Assembly (NCBI GenBank): GCA_052327205.1
Contig: CM126228.1
Span: 14,322,001 to 14,386,000 of the forward strand
DNA length: 64,000 bases
Reading direction: 5' to 3'
DNA from: Somniosus microcephalus
Lineage: Eukaryota
The position numbers and the translations under genes are program-made. The notes under the pieces are model-generated. The model saw only the letters and a list, made by a program, of their open reading frames with translations, was not told the origin of the DNA and did no database searches. This document shows positions 28,851 to 41,303 of the stretch, in pieces. Numbering within the stretch: the first letter of the stretch is position 1; every line of letters begins with the position of its first letter.

Positions 28851-29785
28851 CATTCCTGTGATATTCCCAGCCAAGCTCGCCACCCCTGTGATATTTCCAG
28901 CCACGCTCCCCATCCCTGCGATATTCCCAGCCAAGCTCCCCATCACTGTGATATTCCCAGCCAAGCTCGCCACCCCTGCGATATTTCCAGCCACGCTCCC
29001 CATCCCTGCTATATTCCCAGCCAAGATCCCCATCCCTGTGATGTTTCCAGCCAAGCTCCCCATCCCTGTGATATTCCCAGCCACGCTCCCCATCCCTGCG
29101 ATATTCCCAGCCAAGATCCCCATCCCTGTGATATTCCCAGCCAAGCTCCCCATCCCTGCGATATTCCCAGCCAAGCTCCCCATCCCTGCTATATTCCCAG
29201 CCAAGCTCCCCATCCCTGTGATATTCCCAGCCAAGATCCCCATCCCTGTGGTATTTCCAGCCAAGCTCCCCATCCCTGTGATATTCCCAGCCAAGCTCCC
29301 CATCCCTGCGATAATGCCAGTCAAGGTCCCCATCACTGTGATATTCCCAGCCAAGCTCCCCATCACTGTGATATTCCCAGCCAAGCTCCCCATCCCTGCG
29401 ATAATGCCAGTCAAGGTCCCCATCACTGTAATATTCCCAGTCAAGATTCCCATCCATGTGATATTGCCAGCCAAGATCCCCATCCCTGTGATATTCCCAT
29501 CCAAGATCCCCACCACTGTGATATTCCCAGCCAAGCTCCCCATCACTGTGATATTCCCAGCCAAGCTCCCCATTCCTGTGATAGTCCCAGCCAAGCTCCC
29601 CATCCCTGTGATAGTCCCAGCCAAGCTCCCCATCCCTGTGATATTCCCAGCCAAGCTCCCTGTCCCTGTGATATTCCCATTCAAGCGCCTCATCCCTGTG
29701 ATATTCCCACCCAGGCTCCCTATTGTTGAGATGCACAAATCCCAACCAAGCTCCCATCCCTGTGATATTCCCATGCAAGCTCCCT
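28851..29785. repeat. 30-bp minisatellite, ~31 units (ATATTCCCAGCCAAGCTCCCCATCCCTGTG)
   Basis: Exact 30-bp periodicity is visible in the 60-column layout. Confidence 0.98.
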
Positions 29786-31499
29786 GACACACATAGTTCC
29801 AGCCTGAAGAATCTATCTGAAAACGGCCTCATAAGTTTCAAATCAGACAACCAACGACTGACTTCACGGCGGGTCCTTTGCCAAACAAATCATCGAAACG
29901 GAACATTTATTTGTTTTCAAAGTGATCCTGTCAGTAGAAAGAATACTGACATTTAGATAGTGGGTAAAGTGTTTTGTATTTTATTAGGCATTTAATGCAA
30001 AAAGAGCCGCTGCATTAAGATGTGATATTTTCCATTTCCTATTAACTTCTAAAGTATTAAAAGTGGAATCCAATGGAACCCACTGGCATCTCCCGAGTTT
30101 TGGTGAGGCATTTGACAGTCCTCAGGCTATTGACACTGACTGGACTGTGTTCTGATTTACATTTATTGTGTTGTAGGTAAAATTACACATTCATTTGACA
30201 AAACCCATCACATCGAGTTTGTCACTGTCTTGTGTGGCCAGTACATTACCAGCCCAACCCCTGCTACCGGTGTAACTACCTTTACCTGTGGGTTTTAGAT
30301 CAGAAATCTAGTTCGTTTTTGAATCCCGTGATATGTAGTGAAGCAGTTTTGAAAGAAAAAAAATGATTGCAAAAAGATATCAGTTTGCAGGAAGTGTCAC
30401 CAGAGGGTGGCTAAAGGATTCGGGGCTAAGCTGGCAGATTCAAAACCAATAACCTGTTTTTTTGTGTGTTTGATGTGATCGACTGGCACTCCGCAAACCT
30501 TTGGAACCGCACTCCGCCCGTCCAACACAATGAAATGGTCTTGGCGGAATGTGGGCGGAAATTCACTACTATACTTGATTCTGTAAACATTAAAACGCCC
30601 ACATTCTGTCTTATAAATGCATGATACATAATATCTGTGCAGCGATAGAGTGAAAGAATGAGAGGGAGAGAACGTGAAAGGGACAGTGAAAGGGAGAAGG
30701 TTAAACATCTGGATTAATAGAAAGACAGATGACAAGAATCAGACACAGCCGATTACTGATTGATGCAGGAAGAATCGGTCTGTCTTTTGCATTTAAAAAA
30801 AATAGTTTGTGTGTAATCTAAATGTTGTTAAGTGGATATTTAGGGCCGTGTCGCCGTTTACCACACAGACCACACCCTGTACACCGACACCACTCCCTGC
30901 CCCCCAACCACACCCCACCTCGCTCTCCATTCAAAGGTGCTGATCTGCACCCGATGTGACCCAGGAGTGGGGAGTGTTAGTTAAAGGGTGCCTCACACAG
31001 TGGGTCAGTTGAGTAGCTAATGATTGGTGTCAAACAGGGAACTGCCCGAAACCAAAATTACATCCCCGAATTCCCTCAGAATGCCCCCCTGTACTGAACT
31101 TTTAGCATAACGGGATAGTTTTTATGTATTGTATGTCAGAGTCTAAGCTGACACAAAAATTGAGGTACAATTTTGTAAAGTTGGATGTGTCCACACTATT
31201 ATTTGCACCTTTCAAACTAAGCTGCATCCCCGGCCATCTTACCGACACTACTAGAGGCTGAAGCGCCGCCCACTTGTACTTGGCGCTCAGCTATTGCCCT
31301 TCGCCAGGTATTTGGCAACATGCACACCTTGTTAGGAAGGGTCAGAGCCTGCAGGAGGCTGCTGGAGTTCATTCTGGTGCTGGTGGGCCGCTGTTCCTTC
31401 GTTTTAAAGTCGCTGTATTAAAGCCAACCATAAAGCGAACTTATAATCGCAAGTATGTCACGGCTCTGGAAATGGGCAGACCGATCACACTGTCTGATC

Positions 31500-32545
31500 A
31501 CAGAATCATAGAGATTTACGGTACAGAAGGAGGCCATTCGGCCCATCGTGTCTGTGCCGGCCGAAAAAGAACCCTCCAGCCTAATCCCACTTTCCAGCTC
31601 TTGGTCCATAGCCCTGTAGGTTAAGACAGTTCAAAGTGCATATCCAAGTACTTTTAAATGTGATGAGGGTTTCTGCCTCGACCACCCTTTCAGGCAGTGA
31701 GTTCCAGACCCCCACCACCCTCTGGGTGAAAGAAGTTCTCCTCAACCCCCCTCTAATCCTTCTACCAATTACTTTAAATCTCTGCCCCCTGGTTATCGAC
31801 CTCTCTGTTCAGGGAAATAGGTCCTTCCTATCCACTCTATCTAGGCCCCTCATAATTTTATACACCTCAATCAAGTCTCCCCTCAGCCTCCTCTGTTCCA
31901 AAGAAAACAACCCCAGCCGATCCAATCTTTCCTCAGAGCTAAAATTCTCCAGTCCTGGCAACATCCTCGTAAATCTCCTCTGTACCCTCTCTAATGCAAT
32001 CACATCTTTCCTGTAATGTGGTGACCAGAACTGTACACAGTACTCCAGCTGTGGCCTAACTAGAGTTTTAAACAGTTCTAGCATAACCTCCCTGTCCTTG
32101 TATTCTATGCCTCGGCTAATAAAGGAAAGTAAGTATGCCTTCGTCACCACCTTTCCTGCTACATTCAAGGATCTGTGGACATGCACTCCAAGGTTCCTCT
32201 GCTCCTCTACATTTCTCAGTATCCTACTATTTATAGTTTTGAAAAAGGGTTAGACCCAAAACGTCAACTCTAATTTCTCTCCACGGATGTTGCCTGGCCT
32301 GCTGAGTTTTTTCCAGCATTTTCTGTTGTTATTTCGGATTTCCAGCATCTGCAGTATTTTGCTATCGTGCTACTTATAGTGTATTCCCTTGCCTTGTTAG
32401 CCCTCCCCAAATGCATTACCTCACACTTCTCTGGATTGAATACCACTTTTCTGCCCACCTGACCAGTCCATTGATATTTTCCTGCAGTCTACAGCTTTCT
32501 TCCTCACTATCAACCACACGGCCAATTTTCATATCATCTGCAAAC
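31500..32545 (-). mobile_element. CR1 LINE 3' fragment
   Basis: Translated ..NPEKCEVMHLG..LVRPQLEYCVQFWSPHYRKD..LERVQRRFTRM..RLRGDLIEVYKIM. Confidence 0.95.
32238..32365 (+). mobile_element. Penelope-like unit inserted in a CR1
   Basis: ..GACCCAAAACGTCAACTCT..GGATGTTGCCTGGCCTGCTGAG..GCAGTATTTTGCTAT interrupts the CR1 sequence; TTATAGT is repeated on both sides. Confidence 0.75.
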
Positions 32546-34256
32546 CACACCGCCGGTTGTGGTATCACACTGATTGATCACACTGACTGATCTGGGTGCG
32601 ATTCACAACAGAATGACCGAAAATCTCCACACCAGAAACAAAGTGGCAACTTCATTTTTAGTTATAAATAGGTCGGTTGATTTTCCGAAACAATTAAAAT
32701 AATTTGAAAAGTTCACAGAAATACATTCACCCCTTTCCGCAACAAAATCTCTCACACAGACGTTCACTAATAGGAACATACAATCAGAGACACACTAACC
32801 AACTAGAGAAAGAGGCACAGAAATAAAACTATACTCATAAACTAGGCAGACACACTAATACACTAAACAATCAGACACAGAAACGGACACATTCTAATAA
32901 AATAGGCATACAGACACGAATGAACTAGACATGGAAACACAGGCAGACACACACACGCATACACTAATACTGAGAAACAGACCCACAGACATAGGCAGAC
33001 ACATACACACACACACATACTAGCCAGGGACATGGTTACAGAGATACACCACTACAACCAGACACAGAGATGCGCCTATCATAAACTAGATACAGGTATT
33101 AATAAACTGGACACACGAGCACTCACACGAATACTACTAGCCACAGAGACCCAGACATGATAATAAGAGTTTCTGATTTGGATTCTGTCAGTCCTAACTG
33201 TTTTACAATCTATTTTTAGACAGAAATGTTGCCAATATGGTATACGCAAACTGCGGTAGCTCTGACCATTCTACTGGGCTGGTCGGAGCAGAGAACCTGT
33301 CCGTGTACTGGGCTGTATCAGTTATTACTCTGAACTGGCCTATCTACTGGACCGGTCACTCTAGTGGACTGGTTCCAGTTGGGGAGTGGTTGGGGTTTCA
33401 GCAGCCAGTTGCAATGCCCAGTACCGAAGCCGATGAATGTGTCTGTAGGCGGGTTATTGGCGATTGTGGCAGGGATTCGGACTCGAGCGATCCCTCAGGT
33501 CTGGGACCATTTCTGACTTTGCCCAAATCAGCCTTTGATTTTCCTCAGTGTCTCACAATGTACATTATTGTCACGGGTTTCTGTCGTTTAAAATTCAATT
33601 TTAGTATAAAATACATTTCTTTAAAATTACAAGGATCCCGAATTCCCCAATAAAGGAGGATGCGGGAAACTTTCTCACCTTGACTAGCAGAAAACAGAAT
33701 TTACCGTGTATATATATTGACAATCGCAAACTTCAGCCACCAGGACACCCTAATGCAATCTTTTACGAACGTTATATTTTTCATTTAAATGATCTGTAGC
33801 AGAGATTTTTTTTTGCATTAACTTTTTAAAAACATGTAAATTCTATTCCGAGTCTCCTCCTCCACAGACTTGAAACTATAAACCTAGAAGGGTTACAAGT
33901 GTGGGTACAAATCAGTCAGTGAGCTTGCAGTGCACAACTTGCAAAATACACAAATGTTTCTTGAACTTTCAAACTTACTGTGTGCCACTTGTTTGCTCTG
34001 TTCCCTCCCGCTGCCGCTGTGACTGGACTCCACTTGGTGACTGCGCGGCGCTGAGCCGCGGCTCGTGTCCGCCATCTGCCGGGCGCGCTGGGGAACTGCA
34101 GCGGGGACGGGTGCTGACTGAACACTGGGAGGGACAGAGATGAGGCCCATAAAGATGACCAAAAACAGCAGACAGATAGTTTGGGGTGCAGTCGCTTTGC
34201 TGCTATCACAGTTTCGGCAAGCCACAAAAAAAAAGGGATTTCACAAAGCAAAAGAA

Positions 34257-34735
34257 CAGCTGTGGCTCAATGGGTAGCACTCTCACCTCTGAGTCACAAG
34301 GTTGTGGGCTCATAGTCCTACTCCAGGGCTTGAGCTCAAAAATCTAGGCTGACACTCCAGGGGAGTGCTGAGGGAGTGCTGCACTGTCGGAGGTGCCGTC
34401 TTTCGGATAAGACATTAAACCGAGGCCCCGTCTGCTCTCTCAGGTGGACGTAAAAGATCCCATGGCACTATTTCGAAGAAGAGCAGGGGAGTTATCCCCA
34501 GTGTCCTGGCCAATATTTATCCCTCAATCAACGTAACAATCAACATAACAAAAACAGATTATCAGTTCATTATCACATTGCTGTTTGTGGGAGCTTGCTG
34601 TGTGCAAATTGGCTGCTGCGTTTGCTACATTACAACAGTGATCACACTCCAAAAGTACTTCATTGGCTGTAAAGCACTTTGAGACATCTGGTGGTCATGA
34701 AAGGCGCTATACAAATGCAAGTCTTTCTTTCTTTT
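34257..34735 (+). mobile_element. SacSINE1-like SINE, full length
   Basis: Head CAGCTGTGGCTCAATGGGTAGCAC, Deu core GGACGTAAAAGATCCCATGGCACTATTTCGAAGAAGAGCAGGGG, tail. Confidence 0.92.
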
Positions 34736-35461
34736 TGACTCACACTAAATTCCACTTTTAATTGTATTATTATTAACAAAATTAACAATAATAAACACTT
34801 CTGCTTTCTCCATCCCATTCATCCTGATGACATTCTGTTGAATCGAAAGATCTTTTTATGGGGAAATTGTTTTGATTCCCAGTGTGAATGGGTATTGTTG
34901 AGGACACTCTGAATCTAATAAATGGAACAGCTGTTTACAGTAGAGAGTCCCAATTAACAAGAGTTTAAGTGTACTATACACATCAATGTTAAAGTATTTA
35001 AAAATTGTTTTTGTTTCAGAACTCCCAAGAGATTTGCAGATTTGTAATCATGTGCTTTCCTATCAAAAAATCTCAAACAAAAGGCAGTTGGGTTTTTTTC
35101 TCTCCAGAGGGGCTGTTTTTGTTCGGGTACAGTTCCACAATCCAGCCGCCTTCCAATACCAAGTGGCTCAAGCAGCCATTCTGTGTCATCCACGACAGCA
35201 CAGCTATATTCAGTGCCCTCATCACCAACGTTCACCTCCATGTTCTTTCCAGCAGGGATTACTGGGTAGAGGATAGGAGCAGGAAGCCTGCCTGATTTCC
35301 CCCCTTGCTAGCCCAGTGGGACTGAGGTTAATCGTAGTGTCCTGGTCCTGTCACCCCAGCCTGTGGAGCCAGCGCAGACCATGGAGGAAACATGGGATTT
35401 TTCATCTTCCCATTGTGTACATTTTATTTCCACACTGACTAGTACTCCTACTGACTGAGAC

Positions 35462-35668
35462 AAGAAAAAAAAGACTTGCAGTTATTTGCGCCTTTCACAA
35501 CCACCGGACGTCCCAATGCGCTTTACAGCCAATGAAGTACTTTTTGAAGTGTAGTGACTGTTATAATATAGGAAACGCGGCAGCCAATTTGCGCACAGCA
35601 AGCCCCCACAAGCAGCAATGTGATAATGACCAGATAATCTGTTTTAGTGATGTTGGTTCAGGGATAAA
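35462..35668 (-). mobile_element. SINE 3' fragment
   Basis: Reverse complement of the 3' half of the family. Confidence 0.85.
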
Positions 35669-35894
35669 TAAAGGATTACATAAAACAAGATGCAAGTTCT
35701 TGAGGTTAGAAACCATTAGTGATGACAAAAGAGAGAATATTACACCATCACACTGAAGTTGTGACTGTTATTTCACAAAGACAGTTCTACCAGCACATGA
35801 CAAGAATCAAGGTCTTTCTCATAATTGAAACATACTTCAATAAAACACTATCACGTGTGTGACATTTCAAGAGTTATTTAGATAAGTTTCTAAA

Positions 35895-36058
35895 CAATGT
35901 TCCCTATAATCTGCATGGCTGCGCAGTGCTCCAGGGAACCCATGCAGCCAACTTGCTGGCTTTTCAATATGAAAACCGCGCATTCGCAGTATTTTGAATG
36001 GCCCACGCGGTCCCTTAAAGGGGCCATGCAGGGCCAAACAAAATTAGAGGGAACATTG
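35895..36058. mobile_element. hAT-type MITE (164 bp)
   Basis: TIR CAATGTTCCCT(A/C)TAAT at both ends and a perfect 8-bp TSD TTTCTAAA (35887-35894 and 36059-36066). Confidence 0.92.
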
Positions 36059-36199
36059 TTTCTAAAGTAATTCCGGAAAGTGAAGTGTGATAATGCATTG
36101 CACTGAGCTATTGCTTTTAATGACCACACACTGAGGGATCACATCAATGGCCAGTGAAATTACCAACAGAGTAAAAGTACCTCTACCCTCCCAGTCCTC

Positions 36200-36850
36200 T
36201 CTGAAGTCCTTGAAGTGTTGCTCCTCAACTTCATGCTGATCTCTCCAGTTTGAATCCTTTCAGTCTAGTTTCCACCCTGCCTACAGCGCGAACACCATCC
36301 TGGCCCAAATCCCCAACATTCTTTACAACGTTGTCAGTCCACGTTCTGCTTTACTTTTCCATGGCATTTGATATGATCCACAATGCCATCCTCCTCCACT
36401 GTCTCTCCTCTGTGATTCGCCTCTTGTGGAAGTGCCCTTGTAAAGTTCCAATCTTCACTGTACCAATGCAGCCAATATATCTCCAACAATGGATTCTCCT
36501 CCCGCCCCCACATGCTCACCTCTGGAGTCCCCCCTAGAGGGATCTAACCTTGGCCTGACCCACTTTCCCATCTACATCATGGCCCTCAGTGGCATCATTT
36601 GCAGGCAAGAAGGTCAGCTTCCATATGTATGATGATGACTTCCAACTATACTTCTCCACCACTTCCCTGGACTCAGAACTGCCTGTGTGCTGCCAAACTG
36701 CCTGACTTAAGATGTGGATCAGTCAGAATTTCCTCCAACTGAACGTCCATTTTTGCTGGCTCAAATCATCCAAAATTCTGCCATCCACATCCTGTCCCAC
36801 ACACCTGATGAACCGATCACCCTCTTACTGCCAAAGCCAATCTAGGCCCA
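36200..36850 (+). mobile_element. Degraded L2-type LINE RT fragment
   Basis: Eroded S.AFD.(V/I)H, GVP.GS.LGP and FHMY(A>D)DD.QLY motifs. Confidence 0.7.
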
Positions 36851-36961
36851 AATGGAGGAATATTGCTACTAAGTGAATAGTGATTGGAAAATATATTCAG
36901 TGTAGATATTTCCTTTCCATTCCTCTCATCGGCATACGTCTAGCCACATAGCCCAGGTTGG

Positions 36962-37272
36962 AGAGCCTAGAACTAGGGGGCAGAGTTTCAGGATAAGGGG
37001 TCGACCATTTAAGACTGAGATGAGGAGGAATTCCTTCACTCAGAGGGTTGTGAATCTTTGGAGTTCTCTGCCCCAAAGTGCTGTGGATGCTCAGTCGTTG
37101 AGTATATTCAAGGCTGAGATCGATAGATTTTTGGACTCATGGGGAATTAAGGGATATGGGGATAGGGGAGGAAAGTGGAGTTGAGGTCGAAGATCAGCCA
37201 TGATTTTATTGAATGGCGGATCAGGCTCGAGGGGTCGTATGGCCTACTCCTGTTTCTACTTCTTATGTTCTT
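36962..37272 (+). mobile_element. CR1 3' end
   Basis: RTRG..EMRRN.FTQRVVNLW region and the 3' tail TTCTTATGTTCTTA. Confidence 0.9.
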
Positions 37273-38099
37273 AATTTCTAAAAGGAATATGTTTCTATCC
37301 AGGACCATTACATGGACTGTTCTTTGAGAGTGCTGAAGAGTATTAAAATAATTGTATGTGGGGGAGTGAGCTCTTCCAGCTCATCAGATTAAGAGGCGAT
37401 AACATAGGAATGCAACACTTCTGATACCCAATGGTAGCATCAGGTACTCCCATGTTAGGCATAGCGTGGTTAGGTGTGGAGTACGGCTCCCACACAGGCA
37501 GCAGGGTGCTGAAAGGGACTGATCATTTATAGCCCATTACAGTCTAGGCTCACACATGACACATCAGCGGGGTGCTGGGAGACTGTTGGTACCCAACAAG
37601 TATCAGTGCCTTTAGAGGAGGAGAAAATAAGGACAAAAAAATATCAGTTGCTGTTGACTTACATTAAAGTCAGAGGGGTCTAAATTTAACATCGCTGTCC
37701 CCGTTTTATGGGCCTAAAGCAGGCACAACAATAACCAGCAAAGGCCGGGATTTCGGGCCACTGCAAAACTGGTCGGGGCCTTTTATTGGGCAGCCCCGAC
37801 AGCCGCCTGAAATGAGTGCAGGCCTCATTTCAATATAGAAATGAGGCTCATGCTCATTTCAGACTCGGACTTCTAAATTTGTTTGCGAAGCTCAAACTTC
37901 GACTGGCATTTCTGGGATTTGACCAGCCTAACTCGCGGTCCTTAAAGGGACAGCTAGTTGCCGGCTGCTCGAAAAAGGCTAAAAAACTTGGAAAATGTTC
38001 AGTATTTTGTGGAGTGAGAAGGTGCAGTAATGCTCCTCCTGGCTCCACAAAACAACTGTGGGTCACTACCGGCTCACCTTTGCTCTCCCCCCCCCCGCT

Positions 38100-38365
38100 C
38101 CCTATGTCACTATTTCGAAGAAGAGCAGGGGAGGTCTCCCCAATGTCCTGGCCCAATATTTATCCCTGAATCAACATCACTAAAACAGATTATCTGGCCA
38201 TTATCATATTGCTGTTTGTTGGAGCTTGCTGTGTGCAAATTGGCTGCCGTGTTTCCTACATTACAACAGTGACTATACAGGTATTTCAAAAAAAGTACTT
38301 CATTGACTGTAATTCACTTTGGGACGTGTTGAGGTCATGACAGGCACTATATAAGTCTTTCTTTT
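38100..38365 (+). mobile_element. SINE 3' half inserted in a GC-rich MITE-like element
   Basis: Matches the family from the Deu core to the tail. Confidence 0.85.
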
Positions 38366-38441
38366 TCCCGAGTGTCTCTAGCTTCTGGACTTAGCTCTGG
38401 ACATCGGCGCGGGCTAAAATTTGTACGGCCTCGAAATTTGT

Positions 38442-38850
38442 ACATAGAAACATAGAAGATAGGAGCAGGAGTAGGCCATTCGGCCCCTCGAGCCTGCTCT
38501 GCCATTCAATGCGATCATGGCTGATCATCCAAATTCAGTACCCGGTCCCTGCTTTCTCCCCATATCCCTTGATCCCTTTAGCCTTAAGAAATATATCCAA
38601 ATCCTTCTTGAATATATTTAATGAATTGGTCTCTACTGCCTTCTGTGGTAGAGAATTCCACAGGTTCACCACTCCCTGGGTGAAGAAATTCCTCCTCATT
38701 TCTGTCCTAAATGGCTTACCCCTTATCCTTAGACTGTAACCCCTGGTTCTGGACTCCCCAACCATCGGAAACATCCTTCCTGCATCTAGTCTGTCCAGTC
38801 CTGTCAGAATTTTATAAGTTTCAATGAGATCCCTTCTCATTCTTCTAAAC
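38442..38850 (-). mobile_element. CR1 3' fragment
   Basis: RMRRDLIETYKILTGLDR..EMRRNFFTQGVVNLWNSLP. Confidence 0.93.
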
Positions 38851-39908
38851 GCCCCCAAAATTCATAAGGCCCTGACAGGCGAGCTGCATCGGGGCATCTG
38901 ATTTATTCTAAGGAGACATGAGGATGAATTCACTTCGGTCCCCAGGCCTCACCATTCCATGCGCTGCTGGAATCACACCCAGTTTGGGTCTTTAGGTTAA
39001 GGAATCTAGGCCCCCCAGAGTTTTAAGGAAAACGGCAGAGTTCAGAGAGAGAGAGAGAGAATTTGCAGTATCTTGATGCCTCTTTTCTGATGATTCCGAA
39101 TTTGAGGGCTTTGAATTAGAGTGGAGGTAGACCAGTGAAAAGGGCCTTTGTTGTCAGGAACGTCAGGCTGTCTGCTGCCTAGAGGGTGGCTCGTGCAGCT
39201 TTATCAAAGATGGAAAAGATGTGCGATCCCATTGTGACTTTTCTCACAGTACAGATGTTTCAGAGCAGTTTCAAAAGGCATCTTATTCATCTAAAATGTT
39301 TTACACAGTGACCACACTTAAAAAAAACCTCTATTGTATATCTTTATTGAAGGAACACGATCGCCCTTTGGTTCCACTGCAAGCTCAGTATTTGACACTC
39401 AACATGGTAAAACATGTTCATCATCGCTATTGTGACAGTTCATGTCATTCTCACGTGTTGCCACAATTACACATCTCCTCCTTAAGACTGCAGCAATGCA
39501 TTAACACACGCAGAAGCTTGTTATCGCTCTCTCACCTCTTGCCTCCAATGTCTTTCTCACTCAGTCATAACCTTTCCTACAGACTGTTTAAAGATTGATT
39601 CTCAGCTAAGCTGTGTTTAATTTCTCTGCACCCTCGCTCACCTCAGCTGAGGTGAATTCCAACAGCTCATCTTTGAATTTTTGTACCAACTCCAAATTCT
39701 CTCTCTGTTATAACCTCTCTTGTCTCTCTCTCTCTCTCTGTTATAACCTCTCTTGTCTCTCTCTCTCTCGGTTATAACCTCTCTTGTCTCTCTCTCTCTC
39801 TGTTATAACCTCTCTTGTCTCTCTCTCTGTTATAACCTCTCTTGTCTCTCTCTCTCTCTAATATAACCTCTCTTGTCTCTCTCTCTCTCTGTTATAACCT
39901 CTCTTGTC

Positions 39909-41180
39909 CAATTCCAATTCCAATTCCAATTAAAATGCTTTATTGGCATGAAAGTTTACAGAGAACCATATTGCCAAAGCTTACATAGCAAAAAGGTACA
40001 GTTTTCCAACATTCTGTAGGTGTCAATCGATTTGACATTTGTTGGGTACATACAATATTACTTTTAAACAATATTAATTTTAAACAGTCTTTGTACTTCA
40101 TTTGGTACGTTCAATATTAATTTTAAACAGTCTTAATTTTAAACAGTCCTCAGGTTGTGACATGTTGTTACATATTTGGCCCCAAGGTATGGTCTGTCTC
40201 CTTCTCCTAGGACTAATCTCAATTTTGACAGATCATCCAATTCCTTGAAATCTGGGGTTATTTGGCTTAGCTTGTTGAATAATATGTTTCTTGATGTGTT
40301 GAATTTTTCGCATTTTAGGAGGAAATGCATTTCTGTTTCAACCTCGCCAGCCAGACATTGATCGCATATTCTATTCTCTCTAGGCTGCCAGGATTTCTTG
40401 TATCTGCCTTTTTCAATTTCCAGTTGGTGGTCGCTTAGTCTGTACCTGGTGAGGGTCTGTCTCTGTTTTGTGTCTCTGATGGTCGTGAGGTAGTCTGCCA
40501 GTTTATATTCTCTTTTTAGGGCCCGGTAACATTCTAATCTGCTTTGGCTTTCGGTTATTTTGTTCCAATGTTCCAGGTAGGTTTCTTTGCATTTTTTAAT
40601 GATTTGGTTCACTCGGATTGGTGTTTGGACGGCTGTGTTGGTCTGGGGCTGGTCAGGGTCCGGCTGAGTACTTAGTTTCCGTAGCAGCTGACTCAGGGGA
40701 CTCTTTTCTGGGTTTAGCTCTTGGGTCTGAAAGGCTTTGAAATGAAGGGTGTCTGGGGAGCTAGATTTGAGGTGATTTAGGAAGTTTAGTGCTCGTTTTT
40801 GGATGTTTATTATCAGTGGGTATCTGCCTAGTTCGGCTCTGCATGCATTTGTTGGCGTTTTTCTTTGGGTGCGAAGGATGCTTCGGCAGAATTCTGCATG
40901 TAGGGCTTCTATTGTATGTTTTTCCCATTTAGTGTAGCTTTGGTGATTTAGCGGGCCCCATACTTCACTACCGTACAGTGCAATGGGCAGGATTATGCTG
41001 TCAAATATTTTGAGCCAGATTTTGATTGGGATTTGGATGTTGTAGAATTTTCTTTTTATTGCATATAGGGCTCTTCGGGCTTTTTCTTTTAGTGCATTCA
41101 CTGCTATGCTGAAGCTCCCTGATGCTGTAATAGTTAGACCAAGGTAGGTGTAGCTCATAGTGTGTCCTATAGTGATAGTC
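39909..41180 (-). mobile_element. 5'-truncated RTE-X-like LINE, copy A
   Basis: 339-aa open C-terminal ORF (YTYLG..KARRA.YAI..LYGSEVWG..CRAELGRYPL..RLSDHQLEIEKGRY..C-x2-C..ETEMHFLLKC), then CATGCCAATAAAGC and a (GGAATT)n tail. Confidence 0.85.
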
Positions 41181-41303
41181 CTATTGTCTCTCTCTCTCTC
41201 TCTGTTATAACCTCTCTTGTCTCTCTCTCTCTCTCTGTTATAACCTCTCTTGTCTCTCTCTCTCTCTATTATAACCTCACTTGTCTCTCTCTCTCTCTGT
41301 TAT

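Larger units (their letters stand above)
37675..38857. mobile_element. GC-rich MITE-like element carrying nested SINE and CR1 insertions
   Basis: Left end GGGGTCTAAATTT; the right end AAATTTG..GCCCCC appears split by the CR1. Confidence 0.45.

Noticed and set aside
28746-29850. Four ORFs of 301-358 aa with 10-aa repeats
   Set aside because: Artefacts of the 30-bp minisatellite, open on both strands, with no flanking gene structure.
34257-34335. tRNA-like sequences with A/B boxes
   Set aside because: They are SINE heads that continue directly into SINE bodies.
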